From: Botryllus schlosseri
Lineage: Eukaryota
Reading direction: 5' to 3'
Assembly (NCBI GenBank): GCA_051294905.1
Contig: CM119372.1
Coordinates: 36,334,001 to 36,398,000 of the forward strand
Length of the DNA stretch: 64,000 nt
Shown: positions 12,157 through 26,261 of the stretch, one piece after another
How the letters are laid out: the number at the start of each line of letters is the position of its first letter
Position numbering within the stretch: the first letter of the stretch is position 1
Notes under the pieces: generated by a model
The model's input: the letters and a program-made list of their open reading frames with translations, nothing else
Databases searched by the model: none
Told to the model about the DNA's origin: nothing
Program-made: the position numbers and the translations under genes

Positions 12157-12559
12157 TAGGGTTGCATTTAAAACAAACGGTGTTTTAAAACACTTTGTTC
12201 AAAACATGTTTTAAACAAAGGCCTTTTAAAAAAAAATTTCAAGTTGCAAAATTATGCCATAATTGTGTAAATACTTTCCGAAAAACATGTTGTGTGAGCC
12301 TACGGACAATTACCACTCGATATAGCCGACGTATATCGATATGGGATGGTTGGAAACCTTAGAATAGTCGGTTCAACAGCAGTAGTACAGATATTTCGTC
12401 AAAGGAGCTATATTTACCCTATATTTTCAATTGTCAATGTCGATCCACTATGACGTAACAATTGAACATTCGTGACGTCATGGCTAAAAAAAACACCATA
12501 AATAACATGTTTTAAATAAGGACCTTGTTTTAAACATGTTTGCTTTAAATGCAATCCTA
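12157..12559. mobile_element. hAT-type MITE (TAGGGTTGCATTTAAA family)
   Basis: TIRs TAGGGTTGCATTTAAA / TTTAAATGCAATCCTA with a degenerate 8-bp TSD. A second copy lacking its right end lies at ~14770-15140. Confidence 0.7.
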
Positions 12560-12619
12560 GTTTTAATCTGTACGACTATACCAGTAAAGCTACTCAGGCA
12601 GACTTGCACAAACTACCCA

Positions 12620-12885
12620 TTTATTTAGTTGATGTTCAACTAACGGTATTTTGAGTAGTTTTAGTTCTAGTTCTAGTTGCTGATTTTGAAATTGAGTAGT
12701 TGTAGTTCTAGTTGCGGATTTTGAAAATTTGGTAGTTCTACTTCTAGTTGTAGTTGCGGATTTTGAAAATCGGGTAGTTCTAGTCCTAGTTATAGTTGCA
12801 AGTTTTGAAAATTGAGTAGTTCTAGTTCCAGTTGCGCTTTTTGAAAATTCAGTAGTTTGTACAAGTCTGGCAATTGGGCATACCA
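12620..12885. repeat. (GTAGTT/CTAGTT)n low-complexity repeat, probably the subterminal array of a MITE family
   Basis: Repeated TAGTTCTAGTTG...TTTTGAAAAT units. Related blocks at ~11100-11270 and ~18310-18720. Confidence 0.65.
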
Positions 12886-15800
12886 AAGAATGTAAAGGAA
12901 CCTTCTGCATTTCAGCACTGCTAACCAATGCTTCAAAATCTAGCTAAATCACTTAGACACAGTGCCAAACAAGTCAGAAGAAATTGCGGCATCTGACTCG
13001 AACGAGTCGACCACACCTTCATTAAGTCGCAGGTATATTGAAGTACCGTTGTTAAAAAGTAATGAAAATGAAATTGGATTGAATATGAAGATTGCATTGT
13101 AGTGCGATTCGAATTTATCGATTCCTACCTCTCCCCCTCTCACGACGTAGCGCACACCCAAACAGATAAGTGCGCCGCGGCGCTACACAAAGACAATTGT
13201 GTGGCGATATGAAACGTACAAAGTATAAGAAATACATGCTAGTATAACCGCGATAAGTGTGTCCACACGAACCAGCCAAATCTAATCCGGCTTTACTGGG
13301 AGATTGGTAATAATCGAGCAAACACATATATCATTCCTTGGATGGATTACATCAAGAGCTCCGTACTAGCGGGCTTCCTTGCTATTACATCAATGATCAT
13401 AATACACCGTAATCGGATTTTCAATGTCACGTCTGCCTTCACTTTATCTGAACTTTATCTGATGTGGCTTAAAATGCGCCCGAAACCGCACTCAATATAC
13501 CAGTTCCTATCATGACTCCACGACAGATATTCTGTTACTGTGTTTCTTCTTATCGCACAAGCCTCCATTGCAGTATTCGAAAATTAATTGGATTCGTATT
13601 CCTGAAATGATGTTCCCAAGTACTGAGCATTACGAATCACATATTTGTTATAACTACACATAAACAAGCGCTGTTTGCCGTGATATGATATGGTAATTGA
13701 TGGCAGCATGAACTTATTCGCAATATCGTATATTGATGAAATTTATTTTCTAAATTAGGTGCGTATTCGAACGTGTAGACAAATTAGTGTTCATGGTTCG
13801 AGCTAAAGTTCTGAGTCGGGGTCGAGGGCAAATATTTTTTATTTGTTATTTTTGTTGTACTTGCCTTAAGCACGATCATTACGGATCATTATTTGCCGCG
13901 ATTATCACTGTACGTACTGTACAATGCACATTGGCAAATGTGCATTGTGTAAAAGCGTACATCTATATTATACATGCTGTGCTGGCGTCTTCACAAATCG
14001 CTAAGTCAGAGTTCAATAATGTCAATGTGTTCCAATAAGAATCCGCTAATCTAGTACTTCCATGCGCTCAAGACGCATTTCGACATAATAAACAGAGGAA
14101 AATGTCGAAATGACCAAGTATACTGCCTATCAATCTAGCATCCACCTCGTCCTACTATGTTAAAAGCCCAATTTCTGTGAGGTGGCCAAGCTGGAGCTAT
14201 CTGCAGTAAACACAGTATCTTGGTATGGCAATAATATCTTGATTGTGATATACTATGTTATTCACAAGGATAGAAAAATCTTTCGGCTGAATTTCTTTTG
14301 ACGCTTCCTGGCTCCCTTCATTGTCTTTCTTGTATTCGTTCTTCATCTTCTTTGGACTTTTTGTGAAATCACCGCAAGGACAGCGACCGTTCGAAACGTG
14401 CTGCAACCGAAACTCGGGCCGCAGTCTCTCCTGTCGATAGGGTCGGTTAAACTAGCTGCTTAAACCCCCTTTGGACTTTGATTTCGAATCTCTTTCCAGC
14501 CGTCAACCAGCGCGTAAACCGCTTGTCGTTCAGCAGCAGAACAGCCCATTTAATTGATGCTGGCTGCAGTCAGGTATCCCGCAAAGTCCATATGCTGCAG
14601 CTCACAAAATAATTCCGACATAGAGCAGATAACTCTTTCCAAAGCAATACATCCGGTGATATGTACAAGATTGCCGATAGAGTAGGTAATAAATGCTTTC
14701 CATAGCACTATATATATGTGAGTACTAAGCGGTAAGTAGCAATTTTATTATTCGCATGACCATCAGATATAGGGTTGCATTTAAAACAAACGGTGCTTTA
14801 AAACACTTTGTTTAAACATATTTTAAACAGTGTTTTGAACGAAAGCCTTTAAAAAATTGTGTTTTTTCAAGTTGTAAAATTATGGCAAAATTGTGTAAAT
14901 AATTTCCAAAAAACATGTTGTATGAGCCTACGGACAATTCCCACCCGACATAGCCGACGTGGTCGATATGGGATGGTTGGAACCATCAAAATAGTCGGTT
15001 CTACATCATTACTACAGATATTTCGTCAAAGGAGTTACATTTACCCTATATTTTCAATTGTCAATGTTAATCCACTGTGGCGTCACAGTTGATATTCGTG
15101 ATGTCATGGCTTGAAAAAAATGCTTTAAATTAGGGCCTTGTTTTATATACGACTTTTACTTGTTCAATTTCCAAGTTTTCGCGAATTGAGTATAATTCCA
15201 ATTGTACTCTAATATGGAAAGCACTGTGTCGGTATAAATCTAATTCTATTTGAATGCTGAAAAAATAGAGTTGCTGTAATTCTAATTCTAGTCCAGTCTG
15301 GAAAAACTATATAGCCATAATTCTAAATCTAATCTAATTTGGCTGAAAATTTTAAAAATAACGCAGAATTTTTTTTAGTTTTACAACTATGATCTCGAGT
15401 GTATCCCAAATCCCAAAAAGTCGACAGACTCTGATGGCTACCTCCACTCCAAGACAATGCCAGACTCACGTTCCGACAGAGAATACGCATACAAATACTC
15501 TCGCGCACCAATCATGCGCAGATTGAATTTCATGCACTGCCACACGGTCACGTAATCATTCGGGAATAGGACTTCATGTCTGTATCTTTAGTCACTTTCA
15601 GTAAAAACGAATTTCTTAACCCATGCAATAGGAGTAAGAAAAGTCACTACTGCTATAGTGAGGCTATTTGTCGCTATTTATGGCTTTACATCAACTCTGA
15701 ATTAGTGGTTCGGCAAATCCGCGAAATGTAGTGCAACATGTGCCGCTTTTTCGAGTAATCTGCTACAACATATTCATGACCGTACGCTTGGTAAGGATGG

Positions 15801-16033
15801 AAATCAGGGAGGGGCGATGGAGAATTTCCATAAAAATGACGAGACGTCATATATCTATTGTGTTCCTCCGTCTATGCAACTGTTGATTACGTAGATACCC
15901 ATACAGATACCCGTTCCGTTACGAAACTCATGTAGTTGATGCTAGCCGAAATATTTTTCAGTTCAAGAACAAAACAATTGAAATTGAAGTCACAACACCC
16001 CAACACCCCACTACTTCGCTGTACATTTGGATG

Positions 16034-16549
16034 CAGGGTTGTGATGACTCGACTTTAGTCCGACTCGAGTCACGATTTCCTGATGACTCGACTTAGCTCA
16101 AGTCATTTTCTCAAAATACAGAAATGACTCGACTCGACTTGGACTCGAGTCATTGCGCATGACTCATATGACTCGAGACACAGACGGCCAAGACCGACGT
16201 TTCATTGTAATTTCGAAAATAGTAAAGTAACCACCCTATTGGGATTTCGTCTATTGGTACTAGGACTTGGAAATGCGACCAGAAACTGCGAACCATTCAA
16301 TATCACCGAACAGAGTTATGAAAAGTGAGCTTAACAATATTTTAACTGAAAACTCAGCAGTCAACACATTGACTTGGACTCGGACTCGAGTCGTAATACC
16401 ATATGACTCGGACTCGACCCTCTGCTCGATGACTTGGACTCGGACTTGACTCGGTGTTGAGTTGAAAATGACTCGACTTGACTCGAGTCAAAACTATAAA
16501 AGTGAGATTGACTTGTGACTCGGAGCCTTGTGAATTGGTTACAACCCTG
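16034..16549. mobile_element. hAT MITE with GACTCGAGTC subterminal repeats (copy 1)
   Basis: TIRs CAGGGTTGT / ACAACCCTG, perfect TSD TTTGGATG (16026-16033, 16550-16557). Confidence 0.9.
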
Positions 16550-17092
16550 TTTGGATGGTACACTGCTATGGTATTGGCGTATGGGATCTGCATGAGGAAC
16601 GGTTTCGGTCTGTGCCACCTTTCCTCCGTATTTCACCGAAATATTCTATTAGGATTACGAAATGACTTGCATATTAGACAGAATAAACACGTCCCTACTA
16701 TTCCTGCACATCTAATATCTATTTTTATGCCTAGTCGCGACTGACAATATCTGGCGATAAAAACCGGCTCGATCCGTACGTATAATGATGCTGTGCTCGA
16801 GGGCATGAACCGCACGCCACTTCTCAAGCAGAACTTAATACAAGCCGTTATTTCGTGATGAGAATAGCATCAGCAGTAGGCTATTTCAACTAATAAGTTG
16901 CACGAATCATACCGTAATCTAATTGTTAACAATGAAAACGACGTTTAGAAGGATTATAATGCGACCGCACTTGATACATGAAAGCTTAAAGACCAATAAG
17001 ATGCACGAATCATATACTCCAATCGTTAACACTGAACGTGATATTTCTGAAGAAAAACAATGCGACGAAACTTTGATACACGGCGGCAAAAT

Positions 17093-17643
17093 CAGGGGTG
17101 GCCAACAAGTGAATCGCGACGACTCTGTTGGTCATGAGTGGCGATTACGCGTCGCATATTCGAAAGAGCCATCTGAATATTAGCATCAGCGAACAAAATA
17201 TAATAATCAAACAGTGGCCATAGCGAGGTGGCCGAACTCAAGTTGCAGGCTACTGCAACGCATGAAAAATCAACATATCAACGATCCATTATCTGGACAG
17301 TACTGGATTGCTTCTGCAAGTGTAATTTTTCATTATATGCTATAGGACTGTTTTAGAACAGTGGTTCAACGGGAGGTATATATCCTATTTTAGCTGAAGC
17401 ATTAACAAGCAATGTGGTGAATAGATCCATTTCTGTTTTGGTTCAAAATATGTGCGTTCAGCATTTGCCACGTTGACAGCATGCTGACGACTGTGTTTAA
17501 CCTGATTATGTAAAACCACAGTAAAATATATTTTTATTTCTAAGTGGAAACATAAACTAATTTGTAATACAAGCGCCAGAATAAGATGAATTATTGTGAA
17601 AAAATTCCGTCGATCGCGAGCAATCACCAGTTGGCCACCCCTG
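17093..17643. mobile_element. hAT/Charlie-like MITE
   Basis: TIRs CAGGGGTGGCCAAC / GTTGGCCACCCCTG. No clear TSD. Confidence 0.6.
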
Positions 17644-19194
17644 ACTCCAACCATATAGAATAGCGATTAGTGATGGGAAACATTGCTCTGTGATTCTGAT
17701 TAGCGCAGCACCCAGCTATGAAAATTATATGATAAAACGCCATGAAGCGTACTGTACTCGATAAATCCGATGGAGCGGGAATGTAGGTCTATCCGTTCAG
17801 TGCGCTACTATTACTGCTCCGTTGTAGCTATGCCGTACCAACCGTAAATTCGAATAATACATTGCTATAATCAGCGCTGCCAACCTCTTGGCACAATCGT
17901 AGCAATAACACTTATAGTCATTCCTAGATACGCGACTTCGAATTTTTGTCCGTTAGTTCTAGGAATTTATACAAGAGCACCAGAAACGCACATGAAAAGC
18001 ATCAACAACTTCTGCCCATATGGTCGGTAGTCGCTGGAATTTATACAATATCAATTCATCCACAGAGATATCGAAATGTGGCGTCATGCTACTGCAGTAC
18101 TGAAACACTCAGAAACAACATTGCGACTTTGAATTCGTTAGCTTGGTTTTGAGGACATTTGCGTAACTTGATCACTGATAATGTACGTGTCGTAATTTTG
18201 CGTGACACTAACAACATAGGCCGAAGAACAGTAGGTTATGAATGGGGTTGTAAGTTCGGCGACATAGACTTTTACAAACTATCACTCTATAGTTAGTCGA
18301 CGGCCAGCTATAACTACTGTTTTTGAGTAGTTCTAGCTCTAGTTCTGGTTGAGGATTTCGAAAAGTGAGTAGTTCTAGTGACGCATTTGAAAAAATAGTT
18401 GTAGGACAACCAGAAACCGCATGTCACTAATAGACGTAAATCGTAATATCTGCTGTTCTGCTAGTGTTATGTTCTTTCAGCTATTACTAGTTCCGAGTCA
18501 TCACTGCTAACATAGTGGCATAACCGGAGTGGATTTTGGGGGTCGAAACACTGTCCTTTTGAAATGGCGATTTTACCTTAGCTTATTTGCAGTTCATTAA
18601 TTCGTTAGTTGTGTTTACGTGTTTAGTTGCGAATATTTATAGGTCGTTAGTTATAGTTACGAGTGCATAAAAGCGGGCAGTTCTAGTTCTATTACTTGAG
18701 CATTTTGAAAATCCAGTTACCTTTACCAATCTGCGGTTTCCAAGCACATATGGCTCGCATGTTCGCTGACATTTACTAAACTAGCAGGACATATGATACA
18801 TTACAAAGCAAATCTCAGTCCCTGTACGTGGTTATTAGTTGCATCTGGGGCGAAAAGGAATGTTCAACGGAAGCGTCCACGTATGCCTGATATATGGAAA
18901 ACAGCGCGATTGTTTAATGTTCATTGTTCAAAGCTGATTTCACATAGTTCATACGTAGAATATTGTAGAACACGGCTACGCTAAATGCACGTATAGTAGA
19001 GCGAGGTGGAATTTCAGTAATGAATATATGCCGCCGCAGCTCCAGAGAATGGTGAAATGCCTCCATAGCGGCCTGCATACATTTTCGTTTGAGTACTATA
19101 TTCGTAACATACAAGTTGTGATGAGACCTCTGTGATGATCGTCTTTAACTCCGCCAAGCCAAGTAGTGGAATAGTGCGTCTGTCTGAGATAACA

Positions 19195-19914
19195 TTATTG
19201 CGTAAACCTCACGACCTTGCTCTTACTTCTTCGCGGTGTAGTGCTGGTCCATGATCGCGGCTTCTGTGTCATGACGTGGGCCTTGAGTTTCTGTAGCTCC
19301 GCTATCCTGATTTCAGCGCTAGCCTTCGACCGAGCTGATCTGCGTTGAGCTTCGGCCTTGGCCGCTTTGCGCTCAGCCTCGGCTTCCTCCGACTGTCGTT
19401 GGGCCTCGATCAGTGCTTTTTCTAAATCCAATTGCGCGGTTACGATGCGCTCTTCCGCTTCTAACTCCAACACTTTGGCGCGAGCCGTCGGCGACAGGTT
19501 TCTGCAGCGGTGGCCTCTGGATCTGGCTCGGATTGCGTCGGCCGAACGAGATTTTTTCAACGCCAGACAGCGTCGCTGGTATGCTCTGTACCGGACGCTG
19601 ATGTTGTTCATCCTGCGGGTAATCTCGTGAACCTTGCGTTTCAAGGGTTCGACGTTTTCGCCGTCACCATGGTGTGAAATACGCTTTTTCAATCCCGCTA
19701 TCCTCTCAGATAGTTTCGACATGACAGTGTCCAGTAACCTCACGACGAGTATTTTGTTCTTGGATTCGCTCATCAGATACTCCAGGTCCTTGCACAAGTT
19801 GTCCACGTCTTCATTGTGGTAACTCTTTTGAGAAGCGTTGGGCTCGAACGGTACTTTCCGACCACTAGGCTCCAAGGTTCCGCTGGCGTTTGGCGTTTGT
19901 AAGTTGTCCTTCAT
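19195..19914 (-). CDS. Isolated 239-aa basic coiled-coil ORF resembling the N-terminal region of BEL/Pao LTR-retrotransposon Gag
   Basis: Intact, GC-richer ORF with first ATG at 19914 (MKDNLQTP...). A helical segment is followed by an S/R-rich linker and ARAKVLELEAEERIVTAQLDLEKALIEAQRQSEEAEAERKAAKAEAQ..AEIRIAELQKLKA. A TATA-like element lies ~85 nt upstream. No protease, RT or LTRs were seen nearby. Confidence 0.5.
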   Translation of the reverse strand: MKDNLQTPNASGTLEPSGRKVPFEPNASQKSYHNEDVDNLCKDLEYLMSESKNKILVVRLLDTVMSKLSERIAGLKKRISHHGDGENVEPLKRKVHEITRRMNNISVRYRAYQRRCLALKKSRSADAIRARSRGHRCRNLSPTARAKVLELEAEERIVTAQLDLEKALIEAQRQSEEAEAERKAAKAEAQRRSARSKASAEIRIAELQKLKAHVMTQKPRSWTSTTPRRSKSKVVRFTQ

Positions 19915-20490
19915 TGTGTAGCCATCCAAGATGGGTGTGTTGTAGTTGAGCAATGAGGTGCTGCGCTGGTTTGGTTATGAAATGAAGCGTTCGTGAATAT
20001 ATATTAGACGCTGGTTATTTGCGCCATTATCAACGCTGAAAGATTGCTTCAAGAGAACTTCTTCTGGCCTGGATAGGTAGGATGTTCACGGCACATCTGG
20101 TAAATAATAGCCATTATTATTTACTGTTTACGATTGAGTAAGGTTCGCGGTACGTAGCAATTACGATCCTACGAACTATGCGATTACATCCACAACAACG
20201 CAAGGAGGAGCGATTCCTCGCCACCTGCAGGCGACTATACGAATAAACACCAGAGATTCATTATGAATCCCATTGAAACTGTCGGCCGCAAAAGAACAAT
20301 CGTGCGGAATACATGCCTATGGTGGTGTTTTGAAGCTGCGATTGGAGTAACAGTATACAATATCGATAGTGCTTCGAGGGCAATTTGATGCAGAATGCGG
20401 TTAAGTATCTTGTATTCCCAAGGACATGCTCGTCACGTTCAGAAGTAGTGTTTGAATGGTTTTCACACAATGCATGTATGTAATCTATGT

Positions 20491-21313
20491 CAGGGGTCAC
20501 CAACACGCGGCCCGCGAGGTCATATTTTGCGACCCGCGACATGATTTGAGATTTCGGAACATAGCTAAGAAAACGTTTTGAAATGCTGAAATTGACGTGC
20601 AATGACCCAAACACTGCCAATACCGAGACGCTTAGAAAACGGCTTAGGGCTGTGGTTCTAAAACTGAGGGTGCACCCCCCTTATGGGGGCGTGAAAGCAT
20701 CTGAAGGGGGCCGGGAGATGCGGTCAACAGGAAATTTTTTCGCGCTCGAATTAATAGTTATAGTTATTACTCTGTGTATAATTCTGAATTCATAATATAG
20801 AATTCTCTCATCAACATTCATAACCTTCCATGCCATCAAACTATCCGTTGGGATAGGTAGCATTATGGATGCATTATGTGATATAACGATAAAGGGGGCG
20901 CTAAATTTTTCAGTCACAAGGGGGGCATGCATGTCTAAAAAGGGTTGAGAACCACTGGCTTAGGGCTTCCCCACAAGATTAAGCTTCCAGTGGAGATGGT
21001 CTTCCAGCTAGTAACGTATCTCGCTATAACCCCAAAAAGCGATTCCAGGTATCGTGCACAGCTCGGAGTTCAAAATAAAATGAAATTGATGACAGTGATC
21101 CTTTGTTGTATTTTTATTCCTTTAACAAGCTATTACTTTTTTGTGGTCACTATAACCATCGCCTATGTTCGGTAGCACAGCGTTGTGCTGACGTAGAGTT
21201 TTAAAACGTGGTTGCCCAATGCCCACTTTATATCGATATTGAATTCATGCGACCCGCCGCTGCTACGAAATTTGAAAAGTGGCCCGCGACCCGTTTTGAG
21301 TTGGCGACCCCTG
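20491..21313. mobile_element. Charlie/Buster-type hAT MITE containing a nested MITE at 20650-20957
   Basis: Outer TIRs CAGGGGTCACCAAC / GTTGGCGACCCCTG, TSD ATCTATGT/ATCTATAT. Inner element CTGTGGTTCT...AGAACCACTG with perfect TSD GCTTAGGG. Confidence 0.85.
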
Positions 21314-21863
21314 ATCTATATGTAGTATTAATGGTCATGACACAAAACAGTAATGCGTGTCGTCTTTGTAGGCACATCGTACACCACGACACGAATATTA
21401 ATTTCATGGGTCTTTGCATTCGCATTCTTGTGAAAGCGTCGCAATCTTTCTCGCAGTTAATATTCGGCATCTCTCACTCACATGCGTCCCGATCGTGGTC
21501 TTTACTGCCGACTTTATATAGCTCGGCCCACGTTACGTCAGAAAAGTTGATCAAAACCTGGATTCGGAATCACTTCCATTGGTGTGTGACGCTGATGCTT
21601 TTCACACAACGGATTTCTATTGTTAGTATGCCTATGAATATACCAATCAAAATCAGTCATTCCCCGAATTGCGAATTTATTGTGTCCAGTTGCATAACAG
21701 AATGGGGTTTTAAGGCAATGATGGGCAAACTTTTCAGCTCGAGGGCCGCATTCAACATCCGAACCCGTTCGCGGGCACAGTAAAATTGGGATAAGCGAAA
21801 ACAAATCATTCATTTGATTATATAGTAGGCTAACTAACGACATGAACAATAAACATTGAAATA

Positions 21864-22935
21864 GGGGAGATGTGGTACCGATGGATCATGGGACCGAAAA
21901 TACTTTTAAAATTCTCTATGATAATTCCATGATTACACTCCGTGAACTTGTCTACAATTGCATGCTGGCAAAATCTTTCCTCGCATACAAAAAATTTCGA
22001 CGTGCGTGAGCTATGGGGTCTTTGACAGATGTATTCTGTTTTTGGGGGTGTAAACTGAATTTCGATCGACACATACATTTTTCTTTGTAACCTTCAACAC
22101 GAACAAACCAGCAATCATTTTTAATGTGAAGTGTAGGGCTTGTATCAGGATATATAATGGCACCTATTATTTTTTTCAATACCTTCATAGAGTGGAATTT
22201 TTTTCGATTCATGTATAAAATTCGTAGGGTGGGAACCGATGATACAATAGCCAAATCAAGCAAAATAATCAAGCATACTAATCATGCAACAACTGAAACA
22301 TGCCTACGTACAGAAACTCTTTATCTTATAATAATAATTGCATATGATGTTTTATCGCTATAACGAGGTATTTGGAAGTCACACTGTCGATTTTTCGGGC
22401 AATATGTATGAACCCTCAAATTTATAAGTTCGAGCCTAAATCGAAACGTGATTTTATGGCAACATATAATCTTCAGCTTCAGCTTCAGCATAATATGACT
22501 TTTACTGTGATTACCGTGTAATACTTTCCTTCTTTACATTCTTTCTACGACATCAACATAATTTATTGTTGTCTGAAACATTTCATGATTCGATGAAATG
22601 AGCCTATGATTAGGATGTTCAAATTGTAGTAACAGATTCATTGTGTATCTGCCACACTTGTTGCATTAACTCCGACGCCGAAACAGAAATACTTTTTAGT
22701 CGATTCTTTAATAAAAGCGAAGCATTCATATTCAACTTATTTTTTTTTATGAATGAGTTTTTTACGTAACTGCACAAGTGCACAAAATGCACATATATAG
22801 GACTCATCTACCTAAAACACGCACAAATCGGTATTTCCAATATCCAAAATCCCACGCACATGATCCAAATTAAGTCATTTCGGTTTTAAATTTCTGGGAT
22901 GTTTAGCAACCAAAGTCCGTATAGGTCCCAAGGCC
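21864..22935. mobile_element. Second, right-truncated copy of the GGGGAGATGTG TA-specific element
   Basis: Starts TA|GGGGAGATGTGGTACCGATGGATCA, the exact complement of the right TIR ending at 2516. Internal similarity to 1750-2290. Confidence 0.7.
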
Positions 22936-25385
22936 GGGTATTGCGCTAGATCTAGCAGGAAAGGAAATACCACAGTAAGACTATATATTGCCCATCATTA
23001 TAACAGTGAAATATATCAAGATAAAGCTTGATCATGTCGCTGCAACAATTCGATTTTGACTGTATATTTTATAACTTTATTGGGGTTTTCGCGGGTCAAA
23101 TAAAATGTTGTCACGGGCCGTAGTTTGTCCACCGCTGGGGTAAGTGGATCTTGCCCCTTCAATTTTCGAATTAAAACATCACAAAAATTTGTGCATTCGA
23201 CATCTTTTCAAAAATACCCCTATCATTCTGGATAGTGTGTGACTGTTAACAATGGGATCACTGGCGCTTTGAAAAATCTCATCCGCGTTCGTCTGCGATG
23301 ATTTATACCTCCAACCACATCCGTACGCTGTAGCTATGTATGAGGACAGGGTTGGTCGTGCCACAAAAACACTCTTTTGTGACCAGTGAAATTGCTCTTG
23401 AAATTCCACATCCGGAATGGCTTCGTCGTTTCCTCAAAACAATGCGTAATCTGATTTCAGAGTGCTAATCAACGATCATCAGGCCACGGCCGTTTTCCAT
23501 ACGCCAGCAATCCAACATGCATGAATTTCAGTCCCGTATTATAGTCGTTTTGCTGCATACGATACCTCATACGCAGGCTACTACAGGCGAACTATACAAG
23601 ATGCCCATGATTGCCTATCAGTCGAGATTCGTCATTCCGAGGCAGTCAGCTCTATGAATTGTCGCCCGATCGATCATCATAGTGAAAACGCTTGTCTACA
23701 GTGTTCGTGTTCCTATATATGCTGGAGCAGGGGTTCTTGACCTGGGGGCGCGGGAAGCTCTCAGGGGGGGTGCGAGAAATTGACCACGTCTGTATGAATT
23801 CTGACTAAGAATGTGCTTCACAGTCATTCTGAGAAGACGATTGTTAAAGATGAAACTTATTTCGTATTCAAGAAATCTCGCCAAATTTCAACTCTAGCAG
23901 TCGCGCTCAACAGAGTATAGGCTGATTTCAACTTCATTTGAGCAAATTTTTGATATTCTTTGAAAATTTGGAGCAATTCCCACGTGTAAGTCATTCATTA
24001 CTTCATAGCTTTGGCAGTAGGCTAAAGTTCGGTGTGCTGGGTAGCTGTTGTTAATAATTGGCGAACTGCACTGTCTAAGACAGATTTAGATACAATATGA
24101 GTTGCCCGGTTTCGCCCATAAAAACACAATTTATTCAATTCCAAAACTGATAAAATTTAGCATGGTAGTACAGAACGATGCCGTGCCCTCTGTAGTCACT
24201 ACCAGCATTAGGTGCAACCTATACCTACCCAATCTATGTGCAACCTACCTTGAAATAATTTGATGTCCTGTTCAATGTTTTATTTGTAGTTTCAAACAAG
24301 TTTGGGGAAATTTGTCAGAAATGTTAAAGACTCAACAACTGGAATGCGGATTCAAACTTGGTGTAAGACATACCATATGTAATTACGTAGATCACGGAAC
24401 GGCAACCTGTTGCTGTAGATGGGAATTTGTGCGGCCGTCGACAACTAATTCAATCGGTATATGTGTTGACATCCGTCGACATGCAAATTGAAATTACGAA
24501 TTCACTCCCAAATTTTTGAGAGATTTTAATTAATCTTGAAATTTTCTTCACACCCAGCGCAATTCAACATAACTTAACTTTTCGATATTAATAGTAGCGC
24601 CCTTCTCACTCGGAGCCGTAATCGGAATCGTGTGCTCCTCACGAAAGAAATTTGTTTATGGTACATTTAGGCGATTTTAATATATTTCCACTACCGATAC
24701 AATCGACAATCCTGATTGGGGGTCAAGAAATAACAGCATATGCAACCAATAAGTGACTTATAACATTTGGCCCACCCGAAGATGCATTATCATTTATAAC
24801 TTGTCCTAATTTTCAAAAGCTCTCCTTCAATGAACCCTACCGGTGTATCTGATCACATGGGCTAAGAGAGGATAAATATTTGATAATAATATGTGATACT
24901 GCTACTATTAATTACGGAATTCATTCGTGAATCTGAAAATTTTTCTCGGCGCGACAACATGCAATCCCAGCATCTGTTCATAACATTGTGACTCGCGATC
25001 TCAGTACGTACAAAAAAGGCTTTTGTTAAAAGTATAATCGTCCGAACTCCGTAGTTCACCGGAAATGGATATGGACAGATTAACATAGGTATATCGAGCC
25101 CAGTTAGTTCATTACGGCTATGCCCTGGAATGCGGCCTCAAGCTACATAAGTAATCGAAATGGGCCGTGATTAGCAAAAAGGTTGCCTACCTCTGTATTA
25201 GATGATGTTCTCTTTTTGACATGACGAAAAGTGTAGGGGGGGGGTCAGGGGGGCGCAGTATTTTCGACCATCCCCAAGGGGGGCGCATGTCCAAAATGGT
25301 TGAGAACCGCTGGCGTAGAGCAAGATAAGCGCACTTCCTTAAATACAATGAATCTGTTCCGACAAGTGGTTATGGAGGTATAGAG

Positions 25386-26261
25386 CAGTGGTTCTGAACC
25401 TTTTTGTCTTCGCGGACCCCTTTCGATACGTGACGGCCCCCCGCGGACTCCCACGAAGTTTTAGTTCAAAATTAGCTTTATTATCGTGCAATCGTCATAT
25501 GTCTTGTGCAAATGATAACTGTAGGCCCAGTGATAAACAGCAACAAAATGACTTTTCTTGAAAATAAGACCATACTATTTAAGTAACAATTGGGTCGACT
25601 TCTATTATTTCAAAGTGAATTCTGCAACTGCATTTCTTAAAAAACGTGGTCGTGTCTCGAAAATTCTCGCCTTCGATTTGATATGAACGAGTGCCGAAAA
25701 TCTATTCCCACAAATATAGGTGGTGGCGGGTGTAATAATAACGCGTAACGCTTCCGACGACACAATTGGGTATGATCGCAACAAATATTGCACCAAAATT
25801 GACAAACAATTTTTTAATGAACATATAACGTCTAGCCTGGTCAAGTGGTCATTTATATCTAGCAGCTTATTTTGTAGTTATTATGGAAAAATGGTTGTGT
25901 ATATCAAAGGAGAAAATGGATTTTTGTAAACATTTCGAAGTCATCGTGATTGACCTTATACTCATTCAACTTTTTTTCCCACAATCCCAACAAAACATGT
26001 CTAAACGGAATATGTTTGTATCAGTAGGCTATTGGCAATTTAGCAAATAAAATGAGTCTGCACAGTAGGATATTTCGTCTCAGATGGCCATTCTGTTGAT
26101 GTGATTTCTTTAGTTTTATTAGTAATGAAGCGAGACTGCCTCGTGATTTTCGGAATTAAAAAAATACAAATTAGGTTATCAACTATTTTGAGGCTTCGCG
26201 GACCCCCTGAAAATGCTTCGCGGACCCCAGGGATCCGCGGACCCCCGTTTGAGAACCACTG
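25386..26261 (-). mobile_element. Charlie/Buster-type hAT deletion derivative (CGGACCCC family, copy 1) with a transposase C-terminal remnant
   Basis: TIRs CAGTGGTTCT / AGAACCACTG, perfect TSD GTATAGAG. Minus-strand remnant PATTYICGNRFSALVHIKSKAR resembles the hAT dimerisation domain. Confidence 0.9.

Noticed and set aside
12590..12928. 112-aa T/R/S-rich ORF
   Set aside because: It is the translation of the (TAGTTC)n repeat, as is 11096-11323.
12949..14700. Coding-looking stretches at ~12950-13330 and ~14200-14700 (minus strand)
   Set aside because: Interrupted by stops in the frames examined, with no recognisable family. Possibly very old pseudogene or transposon debris.
16034..16549. Regularly recurring GACTCGAGTC/GACTTGGACTC motifs resembling a CRISPR or iteron array (also 50134-50824 and 54690-55446)
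   Set aside because: The motifs are subterminal repeats inside TIR- and TSD-bounded MITEs. There is no constant repeat/unique spacer period, no cas genes, and the context is eukaryotic.
21208..21783. 191-aa ORF
   Set aside because: Non-ATG start, runs through two MITE ends, and has no recognisable domain.
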